A stretch of DNA of 64,000 nt from Cycas panzhihuaensis (Eukaryota > Plantae > Cycadophyta), in contig CM041465.1 in the NCBI GenBank assembly GCA_023213395.1, positions 222,649,741 to 222,713,740 on the forward strand, read 5' to 3'. The position numbers and the translations under genes are program-made. Position 1 is the first letter of the stretch. The number at the start of each line of letters is the position of its first letter. The notes beneath the pieces are model-generated. The model saw nothing but the letters and a program-made list of their open reading frames with translations. It was not told where the DNA came from and ran no database searches. Shown here piece by piece: positions 36,743 to 49,931 of this stretch.

Positions 36743-38200
36743 TATGTTTGCTTAGTTTATCTGAGATGTTGGGTGGTAGATTAGCGTCAGTGGTCCTTGA
36801 CACATCTGTGTGATTGTTTTCTTGTGGTGATATTGGATGAATAGCTCTCCAACAGAGTTGTCTTCAGATATTGTTCAGTTTGAAGTGGCACCCACTTCTT
36901 TTGTCTTGCAACTCTGCACTTAAGAAGGGTACATGATTAGTAGATGTTCTGCTAAAGATTTTAGCTCATTCATGATTTATTAAGTTCTTTGTTTGTGATT
37001 GTTAAGTCAGATCGAGACGGGCTGGCGAGGTGGCCAATCCAAGATGTTTGAGAGACGAGAGATGAATAGTGAAGAGGATTGTTGTTCCCCTCAGAAATTA
37101 CATTATTAGATTTGTGACGTTTAGTGATGATTTGGTAGAAGAAATATCCAAAGCCTTGGAAGTTTCAAGAGACAAGTTTTGGAGGTCGCCATTGGAGGAA
37201 GGCTACTGGAAATCATGAAATGTCGATATGGTGAACACCTAATCCCAGTGAGGTGGCTCCATTACTATTGCACTTTTAACAGCTCATTGATAAAAATGTA
37301 AAGTGGTTACACAGACATGCCGGGTCTTGTCTGGAGTGAAGAAACGTCGTGTATCAAGGTTTGGTGTTCTAACTTTGGTGGAATGGGTTTGAAAGAAACT
37401 CATTGTGAGTTTGGGAAGGGCCAATAGTCATGTATATTGTATGGATGCCTTTTGTGTCTTGGGTGCCCTAAAGGGATTACTATTAAATGACTAAGAATTT
37501 TAGTCTATTCTTGTTAACACATACAATCGGGTAAGGAGCATAGTTGTTTAGTCATCCACGATGATTTAGAGAATGTGGCCATTATGGCTTGGTGTTAGTC
37601 TTAAGGAATGAAGGAACAACATGTTGGATTGGTTGTTTGAGAGAGTCATATCTGTGAGCATGTGGTGGTGGTCCACAATAGTTCCATTGGCATTTTCCTC
37701 TCAATGAAGCAATAACTCAGTGGTGGCATTGATGCAGTTTGGAAGTACAGAAGGCATTGGGATTATGTTAGGTGGCAATTCCAAGATCTGTTGTGGGAAG
37801 TGGTTTTGTTCATGAAAGATATGTGGGCCTTTTTGTTTGGCATTTAATTGGGGACTTTAGGATGCCCTCTCAAAAGTGAAGCTGGCACCAAACACAAGAT
37901 TCCATGGGGTAATGGTGGTTGTGTTGTTTGAATTACTAATGAAACTATGTGCTAGAAGTGTAACGTGCAAAATAGAAAATGAAGATCAAGGTATGTTTGG
38001 CGATGTTGGATTGGCATGCAGAAATTTAACTTGAGAGTTTATAGAGTTCAAAGTGGCTATGATGTCATGTAAGAGCATGTTAGTATTAATACACTTTATG
38101 TCCATCAATATTATGTTATTAAATATATTGTAACACTTCACACTTTTAGGGGGCTTGAAGATGTGTGTTGTCAATTTTTCCAAAATGGGTTGGGCTAGGT
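35050..38200 (+). mobile_element. Highly decayed L1-type LINE (ORF1 remnant plus endonuclease of ORF2)
   Basis: ORF1-like WLWGSPLAFVW (~35940); endonuclease remnants S*NV (~37215, cf. SWNV), EET (~37340, cf. QET) and IMLGGN (~37765, cf. ILGGDFN). Ends undefined, no TSD found. Confidence 0.55.
36431..36737 (+). mobile_element. Young tRNA-derived SINE with poly(A) tail
   Basis: Perfect 13-bp TSD AAGTATATGTTTG (36418-36430, 36738-36750); A-box-like TGGGTGGATTGG, B-box GGTTCAAAACC; acceptor-stem-like GCCTCATGG...CCATGAGTGC; pure A run 36707-36739. Confidence 0.92.
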
Positions 38201-38370
38201 ACAAGTCCTAGGCGATTTTTGTAGAACAATTCCCCCTATCCCATGGCACCTTACAATGAAAGGTCAACTCCACATTACAAGGATCTTACCTATTTAAAAA
38301 AAATGATAATAAAATAGTGTTAATTCTAATAGAAGATTGAAAAAGTAAACTCTCAATATGATTACCAAAA

Positions 38371-39987
38371 TGTTTACTTGGAAAAGGCACCTTATTCTTA
38401 CTAGCTAAGATAATATCTAAATCTAAGATTTTATCCTAGAAAGTAAGAATAAAACTCTCTTATAAGGAACATATTCCTATAGGTGATAAAAGGTATTTAT
38501 ATGTATACAATAAATTCTCTCTCAATAAGGGTTTCTAGGTTCTTTTATCACATTAACTTAATTTATATATTTTTCTAAAATAAATTGATATATTTTTTTG
38601 CACAAAAATAGATCAAACAAGGCATGTAAAATAAATCAAACAAGATATGTAAATGGCTCTTACCTGATTTTATGTTTAGCGACACATCTTTATGGATGCA
38701 CATATGCATGTGAGATATCTTCCTAGATCTTCATCCTGTAAGATAATATCACAAAGGAGAACACTCCCAAACATTCATTAAGCATTAACATGAGAAATCT
38801 CAAAAGAAACCTATATAAAGATGAAGCAAGGTTACCTCAAGACAAGGACAAGGCATGTGTGAGCTATTAACGATCATTTAATAAGTCTTCCAAAGCAATA
38901 AAATAAGCAAAAAGAAAATAAAAAAGAAATAAAATGAAATAAAAACCATATGAGAGTGAAAAATAAAATAATATAATACAATGAAAAGATCAAATCAAAC
39001 AAATAATGTCAATTCTATAAATGTTGATGAAAATGATGAAAAGCACCTTACTTGAGCGTCAACAAATAAGAGATGTAAAACTTATAAGGATAGCATAAAA
39101 ATTAGAAATCTTTATATGAACTAAAACAAAAGATTGTGAAGGGTATTTATAATAAAATAAAGAGGACAAAAGGAGAATAAATCTTGAAACTTATTTTGAA
39201 GTTAGTTTTAAATACCAATAGGCACTAATTGCATTATTTTCAAGCCCTTTTTAATGAGACCCAAAGAACTACAAAACTAAATAATGGGAGAAGATAGAAA
39301 TTTAAGATGGGTATAGCTCCCTTATATGGTGTCTATTTTCAACCAACAACCACTCATTTTGTATGTACTTAAGTAGATCTATACAGTCAGCTATATAGAA
39401 GAATCAATTGCAGTCAAAATCAAAATTTAAAAGATGTAAAAGAAGGTATAATATAGATGAAAAATGATAACAAATACTTGTGTTAGCCTAAACGAATTGT
39501 TTAAAGAGGCACTTGACTCACGTTTAACCCACATGATAGGTAACTTAAGGAGGTCTTTGACCTATGTTTAAACCATATAATTTAACTCATAGGAGTATAA
39601 GTTCGTGTCAACTTTTAGGCAGGCACTCAGAGGAGCCCAAAAAAATACAAAATAAGATAAAAGAAATGTCTTACGATAGAAAAGATGTATTATAGTGACT
39701 ATCATGAGTGTTGACTCAAGCTCCAAAGTTGTTCATCTATAATATGAATTATTATATAGGATGGATCATGTTCCCATTGTCGACGAGTGGAAGGATACAA
39801 TATGCGTAAGCAAACACAAGTAAATGCTCAATCAAAATATAATATAAGGTAAAATGACAAACAAATGTAAGCAATCAAATGCAACATAAGGTAAATGATA
39901 AGAAATTTCTATATATCTAATGAGAAAGGGAAAAAACATATTTGATATTCTTAAATTAAAAATAGAGAGCCTAAAATTGGGGAAACG
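38371..39987 (-). repeat. LTR E2 (Tat-type, (T/C)GTTTCC...AAACA) with downstream PBS remnant 38367-38349
   Basis: Homologous to 42635-44087 and to the reverse complement of 59440-61420; PBS TGGTAATCATATTGAGAGT; PPT-like AAAGGAGTAAA upstream. Confidence 0.75.
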
Positions 39988-41769
39988 TTTACTCCTTTAA
40001 CAATAGAGTTTGATGGAGCGCACACAATAAAGTGCGAACATTACCAATACCATATATTATGTCTATACATATAATATTACTAATATTCTATATCTTACTA
40101 AGGATTTATATGTCATATTAGAGATCAAATATAAAATAACTAGTTTTGTAAGTAGGATGAAATGAATAAGTATGCATTAAACACAATACCACTAGTGTGA
40201 TTCTAAATAACCCAAGCAATTGTAAATAGATTAGGACTTCCTTAGCTTTTCTCATATGTGTGAATGAATAATACAATGGAAATGCAACAATAATTCAAGA
40301 CTTATATATAGGAGTGTATGAGAATTAGTTGGCAAGAGGAATAACCTAGAGGTGTGAAATCTCAAATTTATGACTAAGACCTCTTAAGGGCAAGGCATCC
40401 AAGAGTAATGATTTCTTTAATTCATACCATCTAGCAATAATAATCATTAACAAAAGTACATATCAATTAAGCCAATGGTTCAACAAATGATAATGTGGTT
40501 ATAAACTGGCCAACACTAAACCCATTGGTCAAAATTATGCATATATATGAAATTAATCAAGTATGTGATTTAAGGAACAACAATGTAAAACTTGTGAACT
40601 AGTTGTCATTAAACTTGTAGATATGTTGACACATATGTATGGTTACTTAGAGGTCGATAGTCTAACAAATGACAATGTAAGACTTGTAAGTCAGTCACCA
40701 TTGAACCTATTGATATGTTGATGAATGTGTGAGAACTCACTTTTTTTTCTTTCCTCTTTTTCTTTTATTTGTGATTTTACTCTTTTGCATATATATTAAA
40801 ACAAGTCTACAACTCAACGAATGACAATAAAACCTACACATAAATCACCATTTAACCCGTTGACGAGTTTTGTATATTCTTAATATTTTGCATATAGGCA
40901 TCATCTTTTAGTGCAAGTGAGGATAAATCAATTCATTTCAAGGATGTTGATCTGGTTGTATTATGCATTTGATAAAGAATAGACCCCAACATAACCATGA
41001 TGTTAACTTATTAGGCCAAATTATAAGAAATTTAAAATCGTGCCAATCAAATTATGATTCCAAACTTTAGTTCAAAATACTAATATGAGAGAGATGCATG
41101 TAAAGGGAGACTAGGGCATGATTGAGTAATCAAGGCAATCTTATGTTGCAGGGATCACATGGAATCACACAAGTAAATATAGTGCAAAGTACAAAATACT
41201 CATTTGATGCTTAGAAATAAGGTATCCCAACAAATGAGAAAAGCATGATACATGTAGGAAAAAATCTAAGAATAATATCAGGAGCAAAAACTATGAGTGT
41301 ATTTGAATTTAAAATTTAGCATAAAAAATATTTAATTATAAATACTATTATTTTTAAAGAAAATTTGAATGTGTGTTATGATATACATGTGAGAGGTGCA
41401 TTAATGACGATAATGAATACTCAATTATTAAAGAAAACATTTTTCTTACATATCAAAGACAATCGTTAGTGTAAAACATACTATAAACAAATGATATGCA
41501 TGTTAGAGTATGTGAATTATTATAGTTTATACTCTTTAGTAGTTAAATTTTTGAAGCCATAGTTTATTCTTATTATGAAGAAAGTTGTATGATAAATCAT
41601 GTATAATATGTGCAAGGGCACTTGTGAGGTACCACCCTTAAGTGATCTACAGTAATCATCACTAAGGTTTAAGCTAAACAAATGATCCTTGGAGAACATG
41701 CCCCCTAGCCAAACTTTGGTGGCAAACATGTGAAAGATGAAAAATCATTCTTAATTACAAGAGAGATCT

Positions 41770-42560
41770 TTAGATAAATAATCCCTTGTTTTTAGCAATA
41801 GGACTTTGCATCAAGATATGTGGTGATATTATGGACAATGATATTGGAGTCAATACCAAGCATATCAATGTAATCCTAAGCAAAGATATTAGTGAATTCC
41901 TCAAAAAGTTTAATGTATTCTTATATTTTAAGAGGCAAATATTATACTCCAATCTTAACAATTTGAAGGGCTTCATCTATCAAAAGATTTATAACGATAG
42001 TCTCTCCCATAAGCATGGCATTCCTTTCCTCAAAATGAGGAAGTGCATCAATAAGTAAGGGAGAAGACCCTTCCATGGGAATATTCCCAACAAATAGAGG
42101 TAATAAACAATAAATGTAGTTTTAAAAATGTAATTCATGATGGCTATATAGAAGATTTATATGAGAATCAATTATATACTCCCTAGTGGCTTCATCATTC
42201 TCGAAATTATTAATATTAAAATAATGTCTTAACAATTGTGGTATGGTTGTGAGAAAGATGTCATCATAGTTTGTACTCTTCAATGACATGGAATTTTTTG
42301 TAGAAATATCATTCAAACTAGACAGAGCATTCGAAACAAGTGCTTATGAGAAAGAAGTCGATGCTTGAACATCAAGGGGTAAATCAATGATGATTTCTTC
42401 TTCAATAGAAGAATCAACATCAAGATTCTAAATTGGGGGAAAATAACATGATAAGAGAGTATGTGAACCCCATTATGGTTTCCAAAATGTTTCATATGGA
42501 AGGAGGGCTTGTTCTTCTAATATAAAGAAGTACTTAGAGCCAAGATAGATCCTAGAAGAA
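41770..42560 (-). pseudogene. Fragment of Tat pol (PR-RT linker and RT N-terminus) related to B
   Basis: EFTNIFA*DYIDMLGIDSNIIVHNITT vs B EFRDMFAWDYADIKGIDPSIITYNLTT; NNFENDEATREY vs B DYFEDDEALLEH. Confidence 0.75.
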
Positions 42561-42634
42561 GAGAATAAAAGCCACTCATGCAAAGACAATTATCTCTATG
42601 TGTAATAAAAGATATTTGTGTGTATGGTCACCAA

Positions 42635-44087
42635 TGGGTGAATTAGTGGTATGTAACAAATTGTCTTTCAATTAGGGTTCTTAGGTTCTTTTATTGCATC
42701 AATTTATTTTTATATATTCTCCCAAAATAAAGTAATATGTTCATATTCTTATTATTTCCATTGTTAAAACAATCAAACAAATCATGTAAAATAAGTCAAA
42801 CAAGGCATGTTAAAGGCTCTTACTTGGTTTTATACTTAATGTATACCTCTACTTCATGATGAATCATCATTGATGCATGTATCTATGTGACTACTTTCCT
42901 AATCTTCTACCTACAAGACAATGTCACAAGGAAGAATACTACTAAATACTTGTTAATTGTTGGCATGAAATATCAAATAAATCCTATAAGATGATGAAGC
43001 ACAGTTGCCTCGAGATAGGGATAAGGCTTGTGTGAGTCATTAACAGCCACTCAATGGGTCATCCAAGGCAACAAAATAAGCAAGAAAAAAATAAAAATAA
43101 AAAGAATTAATATGAGAAAGAAATAATCAACCAAATAAATGAAACAACATAAGAGAGTAAAAAGATCAACCACCATTAAAAAACAATGTCGACTTCACAA
43201 CAATGATGAAGAGTGCCTTAATTGAGTGTAAGCAAGTAGGAGATGAAGATGGCATGAGCCTTGTGATGGTTATTTTTGTAATAAAAGGGAAGGTTGCAAG
43301 AGGTATTTGTAGTAGATATTTGAAGAACAATTCTTCAAATTTATCTTAAAGTCAATTTTAAAAACCAATAAATAAAAATTGTAATTTTTTAAGGGTTGAA
43401 TTATGAAGTTAGCCCTAAAAACTATGAAACAGACTAATTGGAGAATACATAAACTTAATATAGGCATAACTTCCTTATATGGGCTATGTAAAGAGATGAA
43501 GACAATAACCATTTGTTTCATATATACTCGAAGAAATCTATACAATGGATTATATGGAATAATCAATTACATTCAAAATCAAGACTAAAATACAAAAGAA
43601 TCATTATATGGGTAAAATTTGAGAAAAAGTACTTATGTTGACCAAAACAAATTATTCAGAGAGATATTGATTCATGTTTAATCCATGTGATAGCTAACTC
43701 ATAAGAATACAAACTAGTGTCAACTCAAATTAGTCACTCAAATAAGCTGAAAAAGAGTATAAAACAAAACAAAAAATAGGTCCCTATAGAAGAAATATAT
43801 CATAGTGACTATCATGATTGTTATAGAGGTTGTGTCTCTATAACATGGATTGTTATATAGCATAGATCCCATTTCTATATTTGACAAGTGGATGATGAAA
43901 TATACACAGCAAAACACAAGCTAATACTCAATCAAAATGCAACATAAGATAAAATAACAAGGAAATGAAAGTAATCAAATGCAATGTAAAAGAAATCACA
44001 AGTAGTTGGTGCATATCTAATGAGAGAGAGATCAATCATACTTAATATTCCCATAGTGAAGATAGTAAGCCTAAAATCAAGGAAACA
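42635..44087 (-). repeat. LTR E1 (lacking ~110 bp at its 3' end) followed by PBS TGGTGACCATA (42633-42623)
   Basis: Starts TGTTTCCTTGATTTTAGG at 44087; colinear with E2. Confidence 0.75.
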
Positions 44088-44689
44088 TATCTCCTCCCAT
44101 ATTTCTTCTTTGAGTAATATGTCCACTTTATTAGTGGACTTTAATATTTACATCATTTACATATACATGGACATTTAGCCTTTCAAATATCTGCTTGTAC
44201 ATAGGCCCATAACAATGAAAATAACATGGCATCATGCTCACATAACATAGAAATGTTTCTAGGTGCATTTACACACACTTAATGGGTCATTTCACTAGGT
44301 TCTCATTTATATCATAGGGGATGATTATATAATGTCATGAAATAAGACATAAAAAAATAAAATATACATTATGTATAATGTAGGAGCATTACATAATAGT
44401 TCTTCCTAATTTTTCAATATTCCTTCTTAGGTCTTTAATTTTAGAGTTTTATTATTCCTTGATACATGACTCATACCATTTTAGTCCTCTATTTTTTTTC
44501 TTCCCCTATTTCTCTTGATATTGTTATAACTATTACATCATTTTCCACCTCATATACCTATCTTAATCTCTCATAGTAGTAATAGGTTATGACTTTGTCA
44601 TTCTTTTTCTTTTTTTTTTTTGTATTTTAAATTTTCTTAATGTATATTTATATATCTTAGCCAATTTGTCCTTTTTTAATATTAGAGGT

Positions 44690-44950
44690 ATAGTTTTTAC
44701 CTACCAACATTCATATGTTTTAATAGCAACCTTCCATCCAATTACCTCGACCATACAAATCCATTTGTTTTTATATTCTCCATAATGTGGGGTCCTAACC
44801 ACCTAATTTTTTACTTCCTATGGTATAACTAGATATCATGTTTATTATGCAATTGTACCAATTTTCCTTTGTAAAATCATGGATTCTCTAAATGCTTACC
44901 AAGACATTCCTTTTATTATGGCTTCATATGGCAATGATTTATGTTTTCTT
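44690..44950 (-). pseudogene. Integrase C-terminal (GPY/F) remnant of a non-chromovirus gypsy
   Basis: WLGPHIMENIKTNGFV...LDGRLLLKHMNVGR*KLY resembles the Athila/Tat WLGPY...NG...L..LDG......NG.RLK.Y motif. Confidence 0.55.
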
Positions 44951-47900
44951 TTATTTTTGTCAAAACATATAGAATTCCCTGCTTTTATTATTTTTCTTTA
45001 TTTATTCCTTTTAATTTTTGCTTCTAGTGGAGATGGTCTTTCTTAGCTCTTATTTTACTAGCACATATAGAATTATCTATGTAAATTTTTTTCTCAACTT
45101 GTCCTTGCCTTCATTCCAACCTCTAAGTAGAATTAGATTTTAATCTAAGTTAGTTGAACATTACTCCTAGAATATCTTCTAACTTATTAACTTTTGTAAT
45201 ATTTTAACTCTTTCTCACTCTTTGGTAGAAGAATGTATGTACATATTTAGTTTTAAGTTCTTCTCAAAAGATGACTTATTATCATTCTTGATTTTAGACC
45301 TCTATTTTAGATATTTAGGATTATAGTAATTATAACTAGTTTCTTAATAACACTCACAATTGTTATAATTTTTTTTTATTACTTCTATATTTATTTCCTT
45401 ATCTCAAACCTATTCTTTTTCATTTGGTTTCTCATCATCACTTGATCCTAATTCATGAATCAAAATATTTCATGAATCACACCTATTTTGTTTTTTTTTT
45501 CCTTCCTTTTTTATTGTTTCCTAATTGAATGAAGACCTGTTAATGGATAAGGGAAAGAGTACTTTCTATTTTATATATTCCCATCTATGTAAATTACTCT
45601 AAAGTTTGATTCCTTTTTTAATGTCATAAGCTTAATTGATCTTAGTTCCATCTCCAAATTTTAACTTACATGCAATTTTAGCTTCTCAACTAGTTTTTAG
45701 TTTTACTAGTCTCCTATTTAATTGGTTTGTTTTTATCACCAATCACATTAATTTTTTTATTGCACCAAGTTAATTTCTCCATATAGTACCTCAAAGTTGT
45801 ATTCTCTTTGTACTAAACATATTTCCACAATCCTTTTACCCTTTATTCCTTCACTTATGCCCAATTAAAATGGATAATCAGTAAAGTTTTCCAATTTGGG
45901 TTTTGCATCTTTATCAAAATCACTCTAATCTAAATCTTCTTCAATTTCTATATTATTACATTGTAGATTGTTGGCCTTGAGTGATTTTATTAGCCTCCTC
46001 ACATCTATACTATCATTTTCTCTAACCAAATCTAACTCCTCAAATTGCTTATCACATGGACTATTGCTTTGACCTTATTATCTTTTATGAAATATATTAT
46101 AGGTGTACACTTCTTAAAAAAGACAACACACCATGAAATACACTAATACTAGCTAGTTATTATAGCTGACTTAAGGTAATAAATAGCCACAATTCTTTAA
46201 AATAATAATACACCATAATGTACTAAAAGAATTATAATAGTAAATGAAGTTAATACATATGATAACATTATTATTAAAAACTGTCTACAATCAAAAGAAT
46301 CTTATAATCAATGTTCTATAAGTAAGAGATTCATTGTTGATTTATGCCATGTTAGAGAGGAGCTCTCTATTGGTAGTACTATTACTATTGATAATTGATT
46401 TTGTCAAAATTTATTCCTACTTTAATCCTAATCAAAATTTCATGTTTTATGTCTCTTCATCTTTTACATTTTATCCTTTCCCCTTCTGTGTATCTTCACA
46501 TTTTGGCTCTTAGCCTTTTATCTTCTACATCTACTTACATTATAAATCTTGGCCTTTTGTCTTCCAAGACTTTTTTCACCTTTCACTGTATATTTAACTT
46601 CCAAAAATCTCCTCTTATCCTTGTTTCCATATCATCTCTTCGCATGCTTTCACTCTACCACCCTTGGGGTCTATTATAAGTCTCCCCCCTTAAAGTACTC
46701 TTCCCTCAAACCATTGAGATATAAAAATTGGGCATGGATTACTTAAAGTTTCCATGAAGCATCCTTGATTAATAATTGTTTTCATTGAATAAGATATTCA
46801 TGAATAGTCTTCATTTATAATTACTCATTCCTTATATCTAAGAAGGATTCTCTCTCTAACACTAAATTGCCTTCATCCAATGTGGGCAACTCTATTTGAG
46901 TTGTGGTCTATTCCCCTATTTTTTCTTTAAGTATGACACATAAAAGATGTCATATATCCTTGCAGCCAATGCTCAATTTAGGGCATAGGTAACTTCCCCT
47001 ACTTCCTTCATACATAATATAGCCCGTAGAAATTAGGGGTCACATTTCTTATCTTGAATTATTTACCAAAGACTACTTGAAAATTTGTAAGCACACATAA
47101 ACCTAATCTCCTTGCTAAAAACTTCTTTCTATTCTCCTCTTGATAGATCATCGACTCATTGAATTTTTTGCTTCCATTAGATGATCCTTAAAAGATTTTA
47201 ACCATGTCATGTGTTAGTTGTAGCTTGTTGTTACAACTATTATTCCTTCTTTTAAGGTCCAATCCTTTATGGAGGGTGAAAATATCCATAGACAACTTTA
47301 AAGGTAAATTTCTTGGTTGAGTGGTGATTAGGGACATTGTATCATAATGATGTTGATGGTAACCATTTGGCCAAATGATTCTATTTATTAGTAACATAAC
47401 TTTATAGGTATTGTTGATAAGTTCTACTTACCACTTTGTGTTGACCATTAATTTTGGGGTCATAAATACCACTCTTGGTAAGAGTTGCTCCATTTGTTTG
47501 AATAGCTACTGCTCAAAGTTGTTCATAAATTTTATACCTCAATTGCTTACTATTCTTTTAAAGAGCCCATGTAGGTGATGTATTTTCTTCATGCAGATTG
47601 CCATTAGTTAATCATTAGTTGCAGATAAAGTGACAAAGTGTGTATATTTTGCCAATCTATCAACTATCATAAATATGCCATATTTCTTTTCATATTTGAA
47701 AGTCTTGATCTAAAAACAAATAAAACCAATACAAAACTGAGATAGTTTATTAGGTAGAACTAGTTTGTTCTTTTGTGCACCCTCCAAGAATGAGTTGTTT
47801 AAAGGTCACTTCTCTATGTACACTCTAATGGAAAACCACACAAAGGGCAAAGATAGCATACATACTACAAAATGTTCAATTTAGACATATCATGGCTTAT

Positions 47901-48865
47901 ATAACACATTATGGTACAATATATACAAGACAAAAATGGATCCATGACGAGTTTAATACAAACATTCTTAGAGATTAAAAGGGGGGTGAAAAGATATAAG
48001 AAAACAAAGTTAAGGAAAGGTAGAAAAGAAATAGGAAAAGATGTGACAAAGAGCTATTGTTTATAACCCTCAACACATGATTGAAATATAATCCAGTGAA
48101 CATCAGATAGGCTAGATTAATTCGCATGAATTGCACATGCAACTACCATGAACTAAAGACACTAGTATATCTTAGTCTCATAGTTCATAACATAAACATC
48201 TTGATAATAAGAAGATTTTAACCAAGTAGATAAAGCATAAAATAATTCAAATTATTAAGAAAATAAGGGTTTTATAGCAAATGTCTCATTCAAGCCTATT
48301 ATGTACATCAAATAAGTTTGAGAAAGGCACTTTAGCACATCAAACATATAACCATTAGCTACTATCATAAAAGGAAAGTCGTAGAAAAGAAAAAAATAGG
48401 ACACATGATTGTGCCAGTGAATCCAAGCACAACCATGTGATCTGACAAGGAAAAATGAATGATCCCCTCCCTTCTGACTACTTCTATTGGCCTTTTTATA
48501 ATTCATCTCTATAGTTGGTTGGAGTATGTTAGCACTCTAACTTAAAGTTAATTAAAGATAATTTTTGCAATGTCATTGGCAAGTTATTACTGCTCAAATT
48601 ACAAGTTGAATCTCTAGAAGGTACCTTTACAAAATATTTTGAATTTGGTAAGATGGTTCATGTCAAAATATCTATGCTCGATGAAGTTTTATGTGCTCCA
48701 TTTGCCCTTCTCTATGTTCTACTATAAAGAATGGTTGCAAATGAGCTCGTAACTACCTTTTGAGTTGCCTTACCAATACACGCATGCAAACCCACTGAGC
48801 TATCACCATTGATTAGCTATATCAGTCATATGTCAATCATGTGTGTTCTTTTTGTAAGTTCATAG

Positions 48866-49357
48866 TGTTAGATATGTTGAACACTTTGCAAGTGTTACAT
48901 GGGTATAGGCGTTACACCCGAGCCCCTTTGTAGGGTCCGAAGGCCCATTGTAGGGCCCCCAAATGGGTCTGGGGCCCTGACCCCGAGGCGACCTTCTGGA
49001 GCCCCGAGAAAATTTTTTGGGTGTCTCATAGGGATCTTTGTCGGCCCAATGGTTTATGCCCATTGTATTGTAAAACCGCAAGACAGTATCTTGTAATGTT
49101 CTGTTTATATATTCTTATGTAATGGCACATGTAACATACGAATATAATGAAGTGATCGTGGATGAGTCAAGGAGAAAAGTTGGGGTTCATTCATCTCTAT
49201 AATTCTTTAGATGTTGCTCATATTAATAAAAGGTCTATGCTTAGACCTGAATCTCCTGGTATTCTTTGTTGAGTGTTTGATTTGTTTATGTTATTTGTTC
49301 TTTGTATGGTTTAGAGTTCTGTTGTCACATTGCTTCTGCAGTTATATTTTCTCTTCA
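48866..49357 (+). mobile_element. Solo LTR (492 bp) inserted in the 3' LTR of H
   Basis: TGTTAGA...CTTCA with perfect TSD CATAG (48861-48865, 49358-49362); absent from the partner LTR at ~51660. Strand inferred from a TATA-like motif at ~49105. Confidence 0.88.
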
Positions 49358-49899
49358 CATAGTTCCATACATGACAAGTTTCAGTTATCTGCAAGATCAC
49401 AACAAGGGGTCCTTTGTATTTGCCTGAGATTTTGCAATTACGAAAATAAGTGAGTGTGCCCAAAGTCACATTTGCAAAATGCAAAATTACATTATTTCCT
49501 ACTCATAATCTCACATATGAATACCCCTTATACATTTACAACATGAAATTAGTGCAACAGTAGCATAAATCTTTGGCATTGATCACTACTGCCAATAATT
49601 GTTTTCCTCGATATGTCCCTTAAGTTATATTATTGTCTTCTCCTTTATTTATCTTTCTTGTTACAGGGTATTATTTTATTTATGTATACCTTTTAGCAAG
49701 GGTCAAAAAGTGGTGATAATATCTAGGCTCCTTCCTATTATTGACCCCCTGCGAGTCGATAAAATGTAAAATATTAAAAGAAAAAGTCCTTGCACTACTA
49801 TGTACAAAGTGGAGGTGCTAAAATATATATAAGACTTGGTTTAAGATGTTGCCCTGCACCAGAGCAAGTAGTATATTCCCTGTTATACTATACATGTTG

Positions 49900-49902
<3 letters not shown>

Positions 49903-49931
<29 letters not shown>
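49903..49931. repeat. (AT)n microsatellite inside the H gag remnant
   Basis: Seen directly. Confidence 0.95.

Noticed and set aside
41690-41712. PPT-like AGGGGGCA followed by TGTTCTCC on the minus strand as the start of another LTR
   Set aside because: The downstream sequence does not match the E LTR start and no partner LTR or TSD was identified; left unassigned.
44950-46330. Possible gag remnant on the minus strand
   Set aside because: Too decayed and AT-rich to give a diagnostic motif.
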